The notes: generated by a model not told the origin, from the sequence alone. A stretch of DNA of 64,000 nt from Lama guanicoe (GCA_013239625.1 MU053652.1:6935902-6999901); one strand, 5' to 3'. Positions 11,701 to 27,260 are shown, numbered from the stretch's first letter. Numbers and translations: made by a program.

Positions 11701-14700
11701 TGCCACCAGAGTTACCCAGGGCCTAATGAGGAGGTCAGTAACTGGACATTCATCCGGTATCACAGGAAGCCTACAAGACAGGAGAGATGTGCAGCAGTGG
11801 GGCAGAGAAAGCCAAAAGAAAATAGTCCCAACAAATTGAAGAAGAAAAATCAGTGAAGATTTTATAAGATCATTAACAAGATGACATTTCAGAATGGAAA
11901 GAGTAGTCTATTAAAGTCAAGTGCGCAAGAGAATTTGGTACAGATATAGTGTTACTAGATATTTATAATACAAATCATCATCATCATTAACAACATCATC
12001 ATACCTAAAAATCACTGAGCACATATCATGACTCAAACACCATACTGGTATCTATCAATTCCTCCAGGTAGCTACAATTTACAGGTAAGTATATTAAGGC
12101 TGAAAGAGTTCCCACAGCCTTGCTATTAGAGCAAATAATTTGCCTTGAGTCAGATGAAACTACTCTTGAATCCGAGGTTTTCTACCTCATCCATCAGTAG
12201 AATTACCTCGGGCAAATATTTTAACCTTTAACATCTTGCTTAAGTGAGACTTATTTTTTTTTAATCAGCTTTGTTGTTTAATAGTTGCACTTTATTTAGG
12301 AGCTCATTTGTGTCATTGATGCAGTCTAGTATCTTAAACTTAAAGAATGATAGGTTTACTTACAAAATTTTTAAATATAATGGCCTTTTATTGAATTAAT
12401 TCTTCTTAGACATTTTCTTTATAACACTAACTCCACATTTAGGGTTACATGCTACAACAGTTTTTTATTATTTCCTAGATATTAAATATTCTACCTCAAT
12501 TTCAAATTCAAGTGAATACACTAACTCTACAAAGAGATGTCTACAAACCAACCTATTGGCTTAGGTACAGGATATAGTTTTGGGTTTACTTTAGGATGAT
12601 TTCTAAAAGTATTTTGGTGGTACAATAATAATTTGATAATTTGATGAATTATATAAGTTTGGCAAAATTTTAAAAACTATATAATTTTATTTCTTCAGCT
12701 AAATACTGAAGTCCAGCACAACTACAGCAATGAAAAAAACAGAAATTATATATCCAGTTTCTCTGTTGCCTTACATTTTACTCCTAAGATTATGCTTAAG
12801 TATATAAAATGCTGTCAGATTTTATACATTTTTCTAATAAAGAGAATAGTGGAAAGGACCCTTTTAAATCACAAATGATTTTCAAGTCTTTTTATTGGGC
12901 TTAGTATAAATAATTTTATTTTAAACCAAATTTATCTTCCCAAGTATACTTGTTAGGCTAAAATTTTCTTAAACCTTTGACTATATGATTAATTGAATAA
13001 GTTAGGTTGTGGGATGATCTAAAAATTCATAAAACAGAAAAATAATCCAACTTTACCACCCCATGCAGTAGAACTAGAACACAGAAAAGTCCTTTAAAAA
13101 TTGTCAGATATTAACCACGAGAAACTTCAGATACAGGGTATGGATTCAGTTATGCATTCTGAAAACTGACTCTTATCTAATTCAGGTACTTTTATTAACA
13201 TTGACATTCCTTGCATTCACTACTGTCTTCCTTTAGATACCAAGGAATGGGTACATGGATGCAAACAGGTCCTGCTACTCCATTAGTTGGGAACAGTCTG
13301 ATACTCTCCTTGGCAGCATTTACAATGAGGGAAGGAGGAGATGACAAATTAGATCTCTCATTCAGTGAAATTTCTTTTTAGTTATCATTCAGATTTTTAG
13401 CAAGTCTCTCCTTCGATCTAGCTTCAAAAAGATAAATATGCTCATCAACCAATTTTGAATTTTGGTCCTTTGTCATTCTGACGAATAGAAAAGTGCCAAT
13501 TTTAAAGCTGTCATCTGGGAATGAGTCTATATACTCTACAGATCATTGGCAGGTCGGCCAAAGAGTTTTTCTACCAAATTATATTCCCAGCAGGAGTAGG
13601 TGTAGATACTCTTAACAAACCCTGGGCACAGTGACATCTGTATCTGTGAGAAGGGATCAATTTGCATACCATCTGGCCCCAGAGAGTTGAACTACTTGAA
13701 GTCACATCGGAGACATTTTTGGCTCTGGCATTCAGGGTTACAGATATGTGGTGAGTTAAATGCTCCAGCAGAGCTGTTGACAGGAGTATTACAGCCCTGA
13801 AAGAGACAAACTGGGTGGTATCACTGGGCTGGCTAGAATTATTGTAACTACAGGAAGACATCCGAGTTGGGAATTTCCCTCTTGGTGGAAAAGCCAGAAG
13901 GGCTTCTATGTCATATTAATTCACAGTATTAAAGTTCATCCTTCAAAAATAAATTCGTTTTTAAAATAAAGACATCAGCCTTGAGATTCCATCAAAAAAA
14001 GGATAAGAATGTTCTTTCCAAGGTGCAGCATACTGTGTCTGTAAGTAACAGCTTGAGAGAAAATTACAGTCATTAGGGTGCAATGGTAAAGCGTTTTTAT
14101 TTCTATTTAATTCAAATTAAATCTGATCCAAAATACATGGGGAACAGGGGTGGTTATTGCCAGGATTGCTATTAAAGCTTCTGTTCAGCATTGCTGTAGA
14201 CTCTTTATTAAAACGAGACTGACAGTATCATCTCCTCCATTGCCCTTCTGCTTACTCTCCCCTCACAACTACCCTAAACGCAACCGCTTCTGGGTAGAAG
14301 CAGACTCAGGGAGCAGAGATGGAAGGGTGAGGGGAGGGAGGTGTGAGTGAAACAATTACATATTATAGCTTAAGAGAGAATAAGTTTTAAAATTTTACTC
14401 ATTTGCAAGACTGGGTTTATAAAAAGAAACTCTGTACTTGGTTTATGATACCTTCATTTTTAAAGTGAATTAAAATCTTGATTTAGTTTTTTTCTTACAA
14501 TGCCTTGCTCATGATAAAGTAATTTTCATAAAACCTTTCACCAACTCCCAAGAATAAAATAGATAATGTACTTGTTTTAAAATTTTGTTCCCAACAATTC
14601 ATGTTTTATTTTCTGCCTGGAATAATTTGTGATGATTAGTTCTGTCTGTCCAGGTTTGGGCTCTTACTCATACAACCACAAGAGTGTGGCTTATAGTAAA

Positions 14701-14778
14701 GCATCCTTTGTTCCTTCATTCCTTTGTTCCTTCCCTTATATCTTTTAAAAAAATTCTTTTTCATTCCTAGAAGTAGAT

Positions 14779-15209
14779 TTTATTAGTTTCCTATGGCTGC
14801 CATATCTACAAACTTAGTGGTTTAAAATAACAGAATTTGATCTACAATTCTGGAGATCAGAGGTCTTGAAAGCAATATGTCATCAGGGCTATGTTCCTTT
14901 TGGAGACGCTAAGGAAGAATCAATTCCTTTCCTTTACCAAGAAAGCTGTCCACGTCCCCTGGTTCATGCCCCACCCCACCCTACAATGCCACCACTATGA
15001 CCTCAGCCTCCAATATTTTCATCTTATAAGGACCTTTGTGATTACAGTGGACCAACCTGGAAAAACCAAAATTATCTCCTCATCTTAAAATCCTTAATTT
15101 AACTACACATGCAGAGTCAGTCCCTTTGCCATATAAGGTAACACATTCAATCCAAGTTCAGGGATTAGGACACGGACAACTTTGTAAGAACATTGTTTCA
15201 CCTACCACA
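14779..15209 (-). mobile_element. MaLR LTR (MLT1-type)
   Basis: tattagtttcctatggctgcc...acaattctggagatcagagg...aaaatccttaatttaa...cctaccaca. Confidence 0.85.
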
Positions 15210-15701
15210 AAGGGAGAAAGCATCAAATGATCATATGAGAAGGTAACAATTTCCACAGTGTTAACAGCCATCTTACTGTGACAGATGATGTAATGGTATA
15301 ATCATCAGCAATGTTCTCTTAGATAAAAAGAAATGGAAGTCACTCGCCTGCCTCTAGAGTCATTGATTCACTTATGCATGAGTCTTACTGAAAAATATCC
15401 TAAAGCAATGAAAGGAACTTTCTCTTCTCAAGAAGCTTAAAATGTACTAAAAGTAAAAAAGTTATGCAAATAAGTAATTATACGAGAAGACGACATGGTA
15501 CGCGTCCTAAGAGTTGAATCAAGTACATTAGGAAGCAGGGAACAGGGAGAGCACTTCCAATCAGGGTTATCAAGGAAGACTTTTATTTTTTTTAAATTTA
15601 TTTAGTAAATACTTACACAGCTCTTACTTTGTCCCAGACATCAATGTACATATTTTTAAAAGTTACACATTTAACTCCTTTAACAATCCTCTGTGAAAGG
15701 C

Positions 15702-15776
<75 letters not shown>

Positions 15777-15785
15777 CATCATCAT
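15702..15785. repeat. (ATT)n microsatellite grading into (ATC)n, expanded inside the MIR
   Basis: Visible directly: ttattattatt...atcatcatc. Confidence 0.97.
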
Positions 15786-15834
15786 CCCAATTTCACAGGT
15801 GAGGAAGCTGAGGCACAAATAGGTTAAAAAGTTA

Positions 15835-16827
<993 letters not shown>

Positions 16828-17304
16828 TCACTACCCCTAAGCTGCCTCCTAAAAAGAGCCACTACAGTCAGACGCTTTCAAGTACTGTATTAAAAATCTG
16901 TGAGTGGAGAAGCCAAGGAACATTCTGGGTGATAAGAGCAATTTATCTGAAGGCAGGAAAGCAGAGGAGGACACAGCTGTTTAGCTGAATATCATAGCTC
17001 TGTATCAAGAAGAGTACGAAGATGCATAGCTGTATGTAATTTACATCCACACATTTATAGATGAACAAAACTCCAAATCATTGGGCCATGCCACCTACCC
17101 AAGGGCATCTTAAGCTTTCTTAAGTTGAATATAAATATGAAGCCCATAAAATCTTGGTTTGAGGAATTCTGGTTTATTAGCAATTACCTATCAGGGTATT
17201 TATATTATTTCAAGTCTGGAAATTCCTCTCCCAGTTCTTGGAACATGCTTTTCTCATTATAAGAATTACTGAATCATATATAGCTTCATGATATCAAAGG
17301 GCAA

Positions 17305-17535
17305 AACAGTAAAGTGGAAAATAGTTTCAGAATCAAACATACCTGGCTTTGAATCACAACTCTGCTAAGTTGCTAGCTGAGTACATCTTTGTCTCCTTTA
17401 GGTAGTTTCTTCATCTGTAAAATGAGGGTAAAAGCAATTACTTCTTCTTCAAGTGGTAGTTATAACTATTTGAGTGCATATTGAAACACATACAGATCCT
17501 TTTAATTAGTCAGTAAATGTTAGCTACTGTTATCA
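17305..17535 (+). mobile_element. MIR SINE
   Basis: cctggctttgaatcacaactctgctaagttgctagctg...tttcttcatctgtaaaatgagggtaa...cagtaaatgttagctact. Confidence 0.75.
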
Positions 17536-18549
17536 GCTGATCTTCTGATTTTCGTATTGACATAACGTGGCAGAAATTGGATTGTGAGGTACACGAATAA
17601 CATAGCAAACCAAACCAAAATTTTTCAGTGTGTAAGAAACCTTAGTTTTGAACAACGATAAAAAAAGGCAGCAAGGTATAGCCATGAGAACAATGGCTTT
17701 TTGTATAAGACAGACTAGATTGAAATTCTAGCTCCATGACTTGCCATACTTACAGCGATCTGACTCTGAGTACGTTAATTAGCTTTCTGAATGTATTTTT
17801 GCCATCTGAATAAAATAATATGAATAACATATACTTGATGCACCACATATATAAAGAAACTAATATATTGGCAGAAACGCAAGAGAAACTCAATAAACAT
17901 AAATTTTTGTTTAACAGTTCTAATGGATTCCATTATTCCCTTCTAAATGTCATTTGTGATAAAAGCTTCAAAAGTGATATCAGAAAAATAGAATAGCACA
18001 TTATTGGCATATCAATGTTAGATCAACAATCTACTAATGGTTTCAAGATAGCACATTGTTTAGTTATTTTACATTGGGCCACAATAGTTTTGTGACAAAG
18101 AAAATTTATATTGCGGTTTTTTTTTCTTTTCTGTAATTACATAGGTTTATGCCTGAACTCACCTACTTGGTTTTGATGAAAACAGTCACACTGATCATTG
18201 TTTGAGGACAATTGTGTTTTCAAAAAATACATACTGAAAATAGTACAGTATCCAATTTCATTGAAATTGCAGTTTTAGAATTTATTTACATAGTCTAATT
18301 AATAGTTGCTGACTGAATCAAAGAAATCCATTTGGAAAATTTAGTACATTTCCTGGCATCTGTTCTTGAGTCATTATTTACTAAAGCTGCACTTTTACAG
18401 CAGGAGGGGAAATTATTATAAAGTTAATTGATAAACTAAGCATTTCCACTAGCAGGAAAGAGCTGATTTTACAACTGCAAATGGGTCTGAAAAATTTAAA
18501 GCACAGATTCAGGCTCAGGTTTATATATACAGCTTCCCTAATACCAATC

Positions 18550-18790
18550 ATTTTAGCTAGCATTTATTGAGAATTTTTAATGCCAAGCACTCTGTAAGTA
18601 CCACATTTAACTGACAGACTAAAGCCTATGAGCAGATAGTTTATCTCAGCCCACCCCCATTTTCCAGATGAGTAAACTGAGGTTTATATGAGTTCAAAGG
18701 TTTTGCTCAAGCCCTGTCACTAGTGAGTGGCAGATGTGGGACTTGAATTCAGGTTTGGCCAATGCTAAATTTCATATTTTTAACTATTTT
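18550..18790 (-). mobile_element. MIR SINE
   Basis: catttattgag...ccccattttccagatgagtaaactgagg...ctagtgagtggcagatgtgggacttgaattcagg. Confidence 0.8.
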
Positions 18791-20728
18791 ATTTTTAATA
18801 TCTTTACAAATAATCCCAGAAAATACCTGTTCTTATATGCTTTCTATAGATATTACTTTTATCTTTCAAAACGTATCATATGTATGATCTTCCCTTACTT
18901 CTCTCCCACTTCATCATCAGCACTCCCTCACCACTGCTTTGGCTGGGCTCAGGTACTCCTCCCAGCCCCGCAGCCTCTCAACCAGGGGACCCATCCCATT
19001 CATCCTGGTGCCTGACTCCCTTTACTTTCAGTGCATCCATGCTGTCTGAATGTCTGGAGTAAGGTGTTCTGGGAGAGAAGACCAGAGTAGGTAATTCTGC
19101 TTTGTCCACTCCAAGCCCCAAGACACTTATTTAGGATGCTACATAGCAATTTTGATTAAATGACTAATATGTACCGTCTAGGATTTTCTCTGAAAAAATA
19201 ATTTTAAAATGTATTTTCATACATTTGTATAGTCAAAAAATTATCTTCTTCTTAATCAGTTTTTTCATCATTTTAAATTTAATTCTAAGAGGTAATGACA
19301 GTGGAGCCAATAGAAGGAGACTTTTACATTCTATCTTTTTCTATGTAATTTTTAACAAAACCCATTGAGACAGAGAGAGAAATGATCAAGAAGTGGTCTT
19401 TTTGGTGTTGAGAGAATGGATCAAATGTTTTAAGATTTATTTCCGGTACAAAGTCCAGATGATAAGGCTCCATGGAGAAAAAGAAGGAAGACAACTCTTA
19501 AAGTGAGAATAAAGGTTAAACAAACTAGATAGAGAGCAAATAAGAAAAGAAAATGGAAAGTATGAAAGATTTGAAAGCAGAAAATATAGAAGATTTGAAA
19601 AACATAGAAAACAAAAAAATTTTAAAAATATGCAAGTCTTGAAAGCAGCAGACAACTTCCAAATGCACAGTGGAATGTACCATTCCACAGACACTGGATG
19701 CATCTATTATCACTATCCACCAGATCCCAAATTCAACCCTCAGCTCTTCCCCGTAAAGGCTCCCAGGTGTCCAGGCTGTGAATCTTTTCTGGGCCTCAGC
19801 TTCATGCTTTACCAGATGAGACAACATTTTGTGCGCTTTGCAAAATGGGCTTTGCAAAAGGATATGGTTAAATGCCAGGTTAAAAAAGCCACAGGATAAA
19901 TGTAAGATATGTTCACCAAATGACAATCTATTTAAAATATTATTTGTATGTTAAAAAAAGAAATTCATATTTGGAAGTAGCAAGCAAAATTTCACTTTTT
20001 TTTTCAGATTGCACACAGAACTTTAAAAAAGTTAATGCATATCAAGTAGTCCAAATAGTCCTTGACCTAATAAGCACTATTTGTCACCTTAGAGAAAATT
20101 AAATGTCCTGTGAGCTTTTAGAAGGTTTCATGGTGAAATACATTTCAGAAACATGGTATGTTGTATCCTACAATGCATCTTAATACCATTAGCATTAAAG
20201 GCATTGAAGAATCTTACAGCAAGAAAACTTGTTTAATTCATTCAACCTCCGCATTAATCAATGTATTTACTCATGAAATTCTACTTTTCTTTGGAATACT
20301 TATTAATAATTCTGGGAACACTAATAGTCTAAGGGAAAACTTTTAGCAAGCTTCTCTGAGACCTCTGTTTACTAGCTACCATAAATACTCCTCTTTCCCT
20401 GGGAACACACAATTGGAATTTTCAATAAATATCTTACACAGAACTTTATGAACATAACTCATGTGTAAGGTAAGAACAATTTTTATGACATGATTTTTCT
20501 GAGTTGGACCCTTTCATAACATAATCTATGATCATAATGGGAAAAAAATAGCTTTGTATCTATTTCCTATATGGAAGTTGACATACAGAAAGATGAAATA
20601 ACTTCAATTTTTGTGTAATTTATAATTTTCCCCCCAAAATGCAGCAAATTTTTTTAAGTTAAGTACCTCATCCAGATTCTGAATGATAACACAAGAATCC
20701 TTTATAAATAATTTATACAATGTCATTA

Positions 20729-21317
20729 TGTTATCCCAAAAGGTAAAGACCCCGGTTCTTATCATACCAGAAAGACAAGTTTGCAGTCGGGAGACAGAGC
20801 ATTTTGTAGTGAAAGATTTTAAAAGATTTATTTAGAAAGAAAGGAAAATACACCCCGAAGAATGGGAGGTGGGCTGATCCAAGGGAGGAAAAAGCAACGT
20901 TCTTCTCTCTCCCCTTTCTCTTATCCCCTTGCTTACAAGTGGTCTCTTGATTGATTGATGGCTCTGGTCCCTGGAATGCTTAGTCATATCTGGGCCTTTT
21001 GCACATGTCTTTACCCACAGTGTACACAGAAAAACCCATGGGAGGGGGGAACCTAAACCACTATGTTAATCATAACTCAGGGAAGACTGGTCGTGTCCGG
21101 TTAAGCCCTTTTCAGTACCGCGCAGTCATGGCTGTCGGGTTTTAACCAGTTTTTGTTTTTGTTTGTTTGTTTGTTTGTTTGTTTGTTTTTTGCTGGCACT
21201 CATTTAGAAGAAGTAAAGTCCCTTTATGCTGGAGGCAGGCATAACACCACCTTCCAGACCATGCGCCCTCTCCTCCACCTATCTGCCTGGTACCCCTACT
21301 TATCTAACTACTTAACA
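20729..21317 (-). mobile_element. Solo ERV1-like LTR containing a (GTTT)n repeat
   Basis: tgttatccc...cttaaca termini; near-TSD atta/acta; antisense poly(A) signal (tttatt at ~20826); CpG retention. Confidence 0.75.
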
Positions 21318-22110
21318 ACTATATAAAGGTATTTATAAAACTATGAAAATAAATCCTGTTATCCAAATACAATATATGAAATTTTGTTATTTCTCTGGAA
21401 ACATTAACCAAGAAACTTCTAGATTCCACAATGTTCCTGTCATTTGAATAGAGGCACTACTTATGTAAGGACCAGTAGATGGGGTTATAGGGCATTCACA
21501 TAAGCTCACTCTGTGGCTAAATGAGAGGGAAAAAAAACCACTGAGTTATTTAAATTCTCACCTCATCACCTCATCAAAATCATACTCTATTAAAGAAATG
21601 GAACATCTCAGTTCCTACAGAATAATCAAAATTGCAAATACCAAATTTTCCATTGCAAAAGTTATACTCTCCTACACAAAAGGTATGTTTTCATTAATAA
21701 TACCAAGTGAAAGTCTGATACATAAATTAACATGTTGGTTAATTTTTTTTAAATGTTCAAATCTCTTGTACTTGAATATACTAGTTTGCATGAAAAAAAT
21801 GTCAATCTCAACATTCTTATAATCAATTATATAAATAAAGATATCTTTATGTTTTGTATGTTCATCATACTGAATGACATCAAAACAAAGTTTTCCATGT
21901 AAGCTTAATGGTTAGATGACAATTTAATCATCAACGTAGAAACCTGCAATTTTACAGTCTTCTGAGACATTGGTTACTGATTACTTTCTCTGATTGCATC
22001 ATTTCTAATGAAAACAATCATTCAGGCAATGCTGATTTAAAAATATTTCTTAATTCAGGTTGTTAGACCTTAAATTTTCTCTATGAAAAAAATGATGTTA
22101 ATTCAATAGA

Positions 22111-22770
22111 ATTAGACTCCCACATATAAGTGAGATCATGTATTTATTTTCTTTGTGTCTGGCTTATTTCACTCAGCATAATGTCCTCCAGGTTCATCCA
22201 TGTTGTTGCAAATAGGAGGATCTCTCTTTTTCCTTTTTAAGGCTAAATAATATTCTTGTGTGTGTGTGTACATGTCTGTGCATGTGTGTGTGTATCACGA
22301 TCTCTTTATCCATTCATCCATTGAGGGACACTCAGGTTATCCATATCTTGGTTATCATGAGTAATGCTGCAGTGAATATGGGAGTGCAGATATCTCTTTG
22401 AGGTGCTGATTTCATTTCCTTTGGGTACATACCCAAAAGCTGGACTTCTGAAATACGCAGAAGCAGAGAGTAGAACGGTGACTACCAGGGAAGATGATGG
22501 TTAAAGAGTACAAAGCTGCAGTTGTCTAGGATGAAGTCATCTAATGTACAGAACAATGACTAAAGTTAGTAATACTATATTGAATACTGGGTATTTGCTT
22601 AAAGGGTAAATTTCAGGAGCTCTCATTACACACAAAAAAAATGGTAACCACATGGAGAGATGATATATTAATTTGCTTGGCTGTAGTAATCATTTCACTG
22701 TATACATGTATATTAAATCATCATGTTGCATATGTTAAAAAATACAATTTTTATTAAAAAATAAAAATAT
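22111..22770 (+). mobile_element. L1MA-type 3' end with 5' inversion (22111-~22450 inverted, ~22451-22770 sense)
   Basis: An antisense ORF2 end (agactcccacatataagtgagatcatg...) abuts a sense 3'UTR (gcagaagcagagagtagaacggtgactaccaggg...aaaaaataaaaa). Confidence 0.85.
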
Positions 22771-23559
22771 TTTTAAAATGATAGTTTGTAGTTTTGGGGA
22801 CTCAATTCTCTGGCCACAATTTATTCATTTAAAATGATCATCACTATATGATTTGGATCAAAAAAGAATAACTCTAGAAAAAAGGCTTCAATGGTGTTAG
22901 GAAAACAAACTGTTTTTAAGTACATTTGAAGGATCCATTCATATTCAGTCATTTGAAGTGTTAATTATTCTTCTTACATCCTTCTACTTGCATTGTAAGT
23001 GAGTTTCCAATCTGTTAATATTGATTTTGTCAAATTGAAAGGAGTTATAAATTTAATTAAAGAAATTAACTTTTTTAATTCTAAACTGTAGACTGTAACA
23101 GCTCACATTTTCATTCTTCTTTATTATTTCTACATAAGAATAACTTGACATGTGTTCCTAATATTAAATATATGTTATTTGTTACTTTGTTTATATTCTT
23201 CCTCTTCTTAAGAAAGTCTTTAAAACACAGTATTATGTACTTCAAACAATGACTGGAGTATTAATTTTATAAAGAGCATTTAAGTCTATCTGGACAGATC
23301 TCAAAATCTTATGACTTACTAGCTATTTTGAGATTGTAGTCAGAAACCCTGAAAATAAAGTCGTTCATAATGAAATGTTGTAACACTCTAACATAGTGAT
23401 TGACATTAAATATATTAAATTACATGCCTCATATTTAAGAATATATTTCAGATAATGTAGAATAAGGAAAATTCCTATAACAAATCCTGTCACCTCTACT
23501 TAAACTTAAGATTTTTTCAAAATATTATTACTAAAATTAATCTCAAAAGTATATTATCT

Positions 23560-23833
23560 CTAAAAATAAAAAATTAAACACTTGAATCACATTTTTGATC
23601 TACCCTCCTAATAAATTTTCAAGTGTACAATACAGCATTGTTAACTAGAGGCACAATATTCTCTAGAGAACTTAATCATCTTGCATAACTGAAATTTGAT
23701 ACCCAGTGATTAGCAACTCCCCACATACTGCATGGTTCCATTCATATGAGGTATCTGAAATAGCCAAACACACAGAAGCAGAGGGTAGCATGATGCTTGC
23801 CAGGGGTTGGGGATAAGGGGAAATGGGGAGTTG
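23560..23833 (-). mobile_element. L1MB-type 3'UTR fragment with internal inversion
   Basis: Antisense 3'UTR (aaattttcaagtgtacaatacagcattgttaact...agcaactcccc) followed by a sense piece (catactgcatggttccattcatatgaggtatctgaaatagcc...ggggagttg). Confidence 0.75.
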
Positions 23834-24110
23834 AATCACCTATTTTAAAAGTACAAGTTGAATCTGTAGTAGTCAATTTGTGTCTATAACAAAGAAGAAA
23901 TTGTTGAGATAATTAATAGACTGGTGATTTCTTTCCAGCTGTCATCAGAATCAGAGGAGTAGAGAAATAAATGTAAGTGATTGTGAGGTATCAGGCACTA
24001 TAAGTATACATTCAAAAAAAAATCAATTTAGTTGAGAAAACAGGAATGCAGGTTTTATGTTATAGCAGAAAAAAGATACTGAAAATAACTTTGATAAAAC
24101 TAATACATAA

Positions 24111-24599
24111 TTTTTTAAATTTTATTTTAAATTGTGGTATAGATTATTTACAATGTTAGTTTTAGGTGTACAGCAAAGCAATTCAGTTTTTATATATATA
24201 TATATATGTATATGTATATATATATATTTTTTAGATTCTTTTCCATTAGAGCTTATTACAAGAAATTGAATATAGTTCCCTGTGCTATATAGTAGGCCCT
24301 TGTTGTTTATCTATTTTATATATAGATAGATAGATAGATATCTATATATATTTGGGATTATGTTAATCCCAAACTCCTAATTTATACCCTCTGGTCCTTT
24401 CCCTTTTGGTAACCATTATTTGTTTTCTGTCTGTGAGTCTATTTCTGGTTTGTAAATAAAATTTGTACTTTTTTATGATAATATGATATTTGTGTTTCTC
24501 TGTCTGACTTACTTTACTTAATATGATAATCTCTGGGTCCATCCATGTTACTGCAAATGGCATTATTTCATTATTTTTTATGGCTAAGTAATATCCCTT

Positions 24600-24640
<41 letters not shown>

Positions 24641-25767
24641 CTCTCACAACTTCTATGTCCACTCATCTGCTGATGGACATTTAGGTTGTTTACATGTCTT
24701 AGCTATTGTAAATAGTGCTGCTGTGAACATTGGGGTGCATATGTCTTTTCAAATTAGTTTTCTCTGGATATATGCCCAGGAGTGGGATTGCTGGATCATG
24801 TGGGAAGTCCATTTTTAGTTTTTGAAGAAACCTCCATACTCTCCTCCATAGTGGCTGCATCATTTACATTTCCACCAACAGTGTAGGGTCCCAAGGTGAT
24901 GGAGCAGAAGCCCTGAGAGTTGGGTCCAAGCTGGTTCTGTTCTTTCTAAGTGTGCTCTCCCTCCTTCCAGTAACAGTACCTTTGCCCTAGTGGGGAGCAG
25001 TGCTGGAGGAAGAGGGACCAGAGTGGGTGACCAGTGAGGGCAGGGCCATGTGCTGGGGCAATACCAGATCACAAGTCAGACCTTGAGACAGTTCCCAGTC
25101 TGCCGTCTCCTGGAGCACCAGTAATGGCTGCCCTCGCTCCATTCAGATTCAGTGCAGGGACCTAACCAGCTCCCCAACCTTGCACTCTCCTTGGTAATAG
25201 CAGCCTTCAGCCTAGTGGGGAGCTGCTCCAGAATATGAAGCAAGTGTTCGGTGTGGGCCAGGGTATATGCCAGGGAGGTTGTGGGAAAATGGCCAAAGTC
25301 CCAGGCAGTTTCAGTCTGCTTCCTCTGCCTTGTTCCCAGGAATAAGCAAGTGTGTGTGCTTGATCTTCATGAGCAGCATCTAGATTTCATACAGACCTTC
25401 GCTTAGCCCCACTGGTTTTCACACAGCTAAGGGGAGTTGTCTTCCTGGTGTTGGACCCCAGGGCTAGGATGCCTAACAATGGTTCAAACTGCTCACTCCC
25501 CAGGGAGGATCTCTGAGCCCAGGTAATCCCCCTCCTCTTCTGTGTCCCCTCCTAGGGGTACAGGTCCCAAACTAATCACTTCTGTTCCCTTTTGTACGCA
25601 ACCCTGTGTGGAACTTTCATTACAGCGTTGGTTGTGTAAGAGTCTTCCTGTCAGTCTCCAGTCTGTTTTCAGTGAGAATTGCTCCACATGTAGATATATT
25701 TTTGATGTGTTCACGGGGAGAGATGAGCTCAGGATACCCCTATTCTGCCATCTTGATCTTCTCCCCC
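24111..25767 (-). mobile_element. Internally deleted cetartiodactyl-type L1: 3' end (24111-~24888) fused to 5'UTR (~24889-25767)
   Basis: T-rich tail and 3'UTR; ORF 24363..24662 resembles the ORF2 C-terminus (YYLAIKNNEIMPFAVTWMDPEIIILSKVSQTEK). A GC-richer 5'UTR ends tattctgccatcttgatcttctccccc. Confidence 0.85.
24600..24641. repeat. Compound (GT)n(AT)n microsatellite inside L1
   Basis: Visible directly. Confidence 0.95.
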
Positions 25768-27260
25768 AAAAGTTCCATTTTAGAGGGTGTCCACACTGCT
25801 GTACTACTGGAAGTACCTGAAGAAGCTTCACAGCATGGGGCTATCAATGACATTTTCAGATTTTACTGGGGTTCAACTATTGAACTACATAATATCCCTA
25901 ACACTGGAAATTAGAAAATGATAAAGAAGGGAAAGTAAGCAATCAGATCACAGAAATGATGAAGAGTCTGTATTATCATTAGTTTATATTCTGCATTAAA
26001 TTGTCAGGTTTTACAGCATCTTTCAAGCCATTTCGTAGGAGTTTTTGTAGGAAGAAGAACTTATCTTTCTGTAAACAAGCTGTCAGAATCAAAAAGGAAA
26101 GAAATCCTATGAGCAGTAACAAGCCTGAGATAAACACAGAGCACAAGACTTATTAAAAATCCATGATTCTATAAAGCTTGTGAGAGAGAGGGTAATAAAT
26201 GAACTAATGACAAGAACCTGCAGTGAGCTATTACTCCTGTAACGATGCCTTAGTGACCCTCTAATAAACGCTTAATTTGTTTCTTGGCAGGAGGACCCTG
26301 CTGGAAGGCCTAAGGTGGTATGGTCAAAGCAATATGAACAAAAATTGATTTTTAATAGCTACATAATGAAGCTTCCATGACTTTAAAACACTGAAATAAA
26401 CTTCACTATTTCATATTGATATTTCCCTATTCTGAATTCCAAAACTAAAATAACAGTGTGACTTTAATTAACTTTGTCATCTACACTTAAAACAAATATT
26501 CTTTTATCTTAACTCTTTACACTTAATGGAATGTGTGAATAACTTTAAATTAAGATATGCTACTTAATATGGCTTAATATGCCTGAACATAGTAGCAGAT
26601 TTTACTAAATTAACAATTCATGAGTATTGGTTTTAGATGAAGCACTTAATATTTTTGGATGCCTATATTAATTATCTTCTATCTTTATCATGTTCTGCCA
26701 TTCTTTCTCTAATTAAGATGTATCTTCAAAGAATCCTGGTGTTTAAGGAAACTTAACTCTTCCTTTTCACTTTAACACTGCTAAGGAAAATGTGAATAGT
26801 GCTGTATACTGCTGTGCACTTTTGACACTGTTTGTCCTATAATTTTACTTACACTCATTGCTTTTAACTGTTGTTGCTTCTGAAAAATCCAAACATCCAG
26901 CGAGTTTGCATTAAGCCCATTATTAGGGCTTGATGTGTATGTTCGTAGGTCAGTGTTTAACTGAATTATTTTCAAAGCCAACCTTACCTCTTCTCCCAGG
27001 GTCCATGGATAAGAGCACTAGTCTCGTGTAAGAGGCTGCCTTTGTCAAAGAAGCTCGGTGAGTCATTTCATATGCACTCCTGATCCTTTCTGACCAATCT
27101 CACTGAACATTATTGCAAATCCTTTGCAGCTATATCTGAGTCAACTTTTAATTTTTACCAGGTGTTTCTAACTTTCATTTGGTTTTGTCATTTCTGAAAG
27201 TCCCTGTCGTATGAGAGTCCGTAGCCGCCTGTCTGTAAAGTTTCCCTTTGCTTCAAGTTC

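Noticed and set aside
24860..24920. Internally deleted L1s as spliced L1 retro-insertions (SpIREs)
   Set aside because: At neither junction (24888 or 8011) is the ORF2 resumption point preceded by an acceptor AG in the expected L1 sequence; microhomology explains the 24888 junction better.
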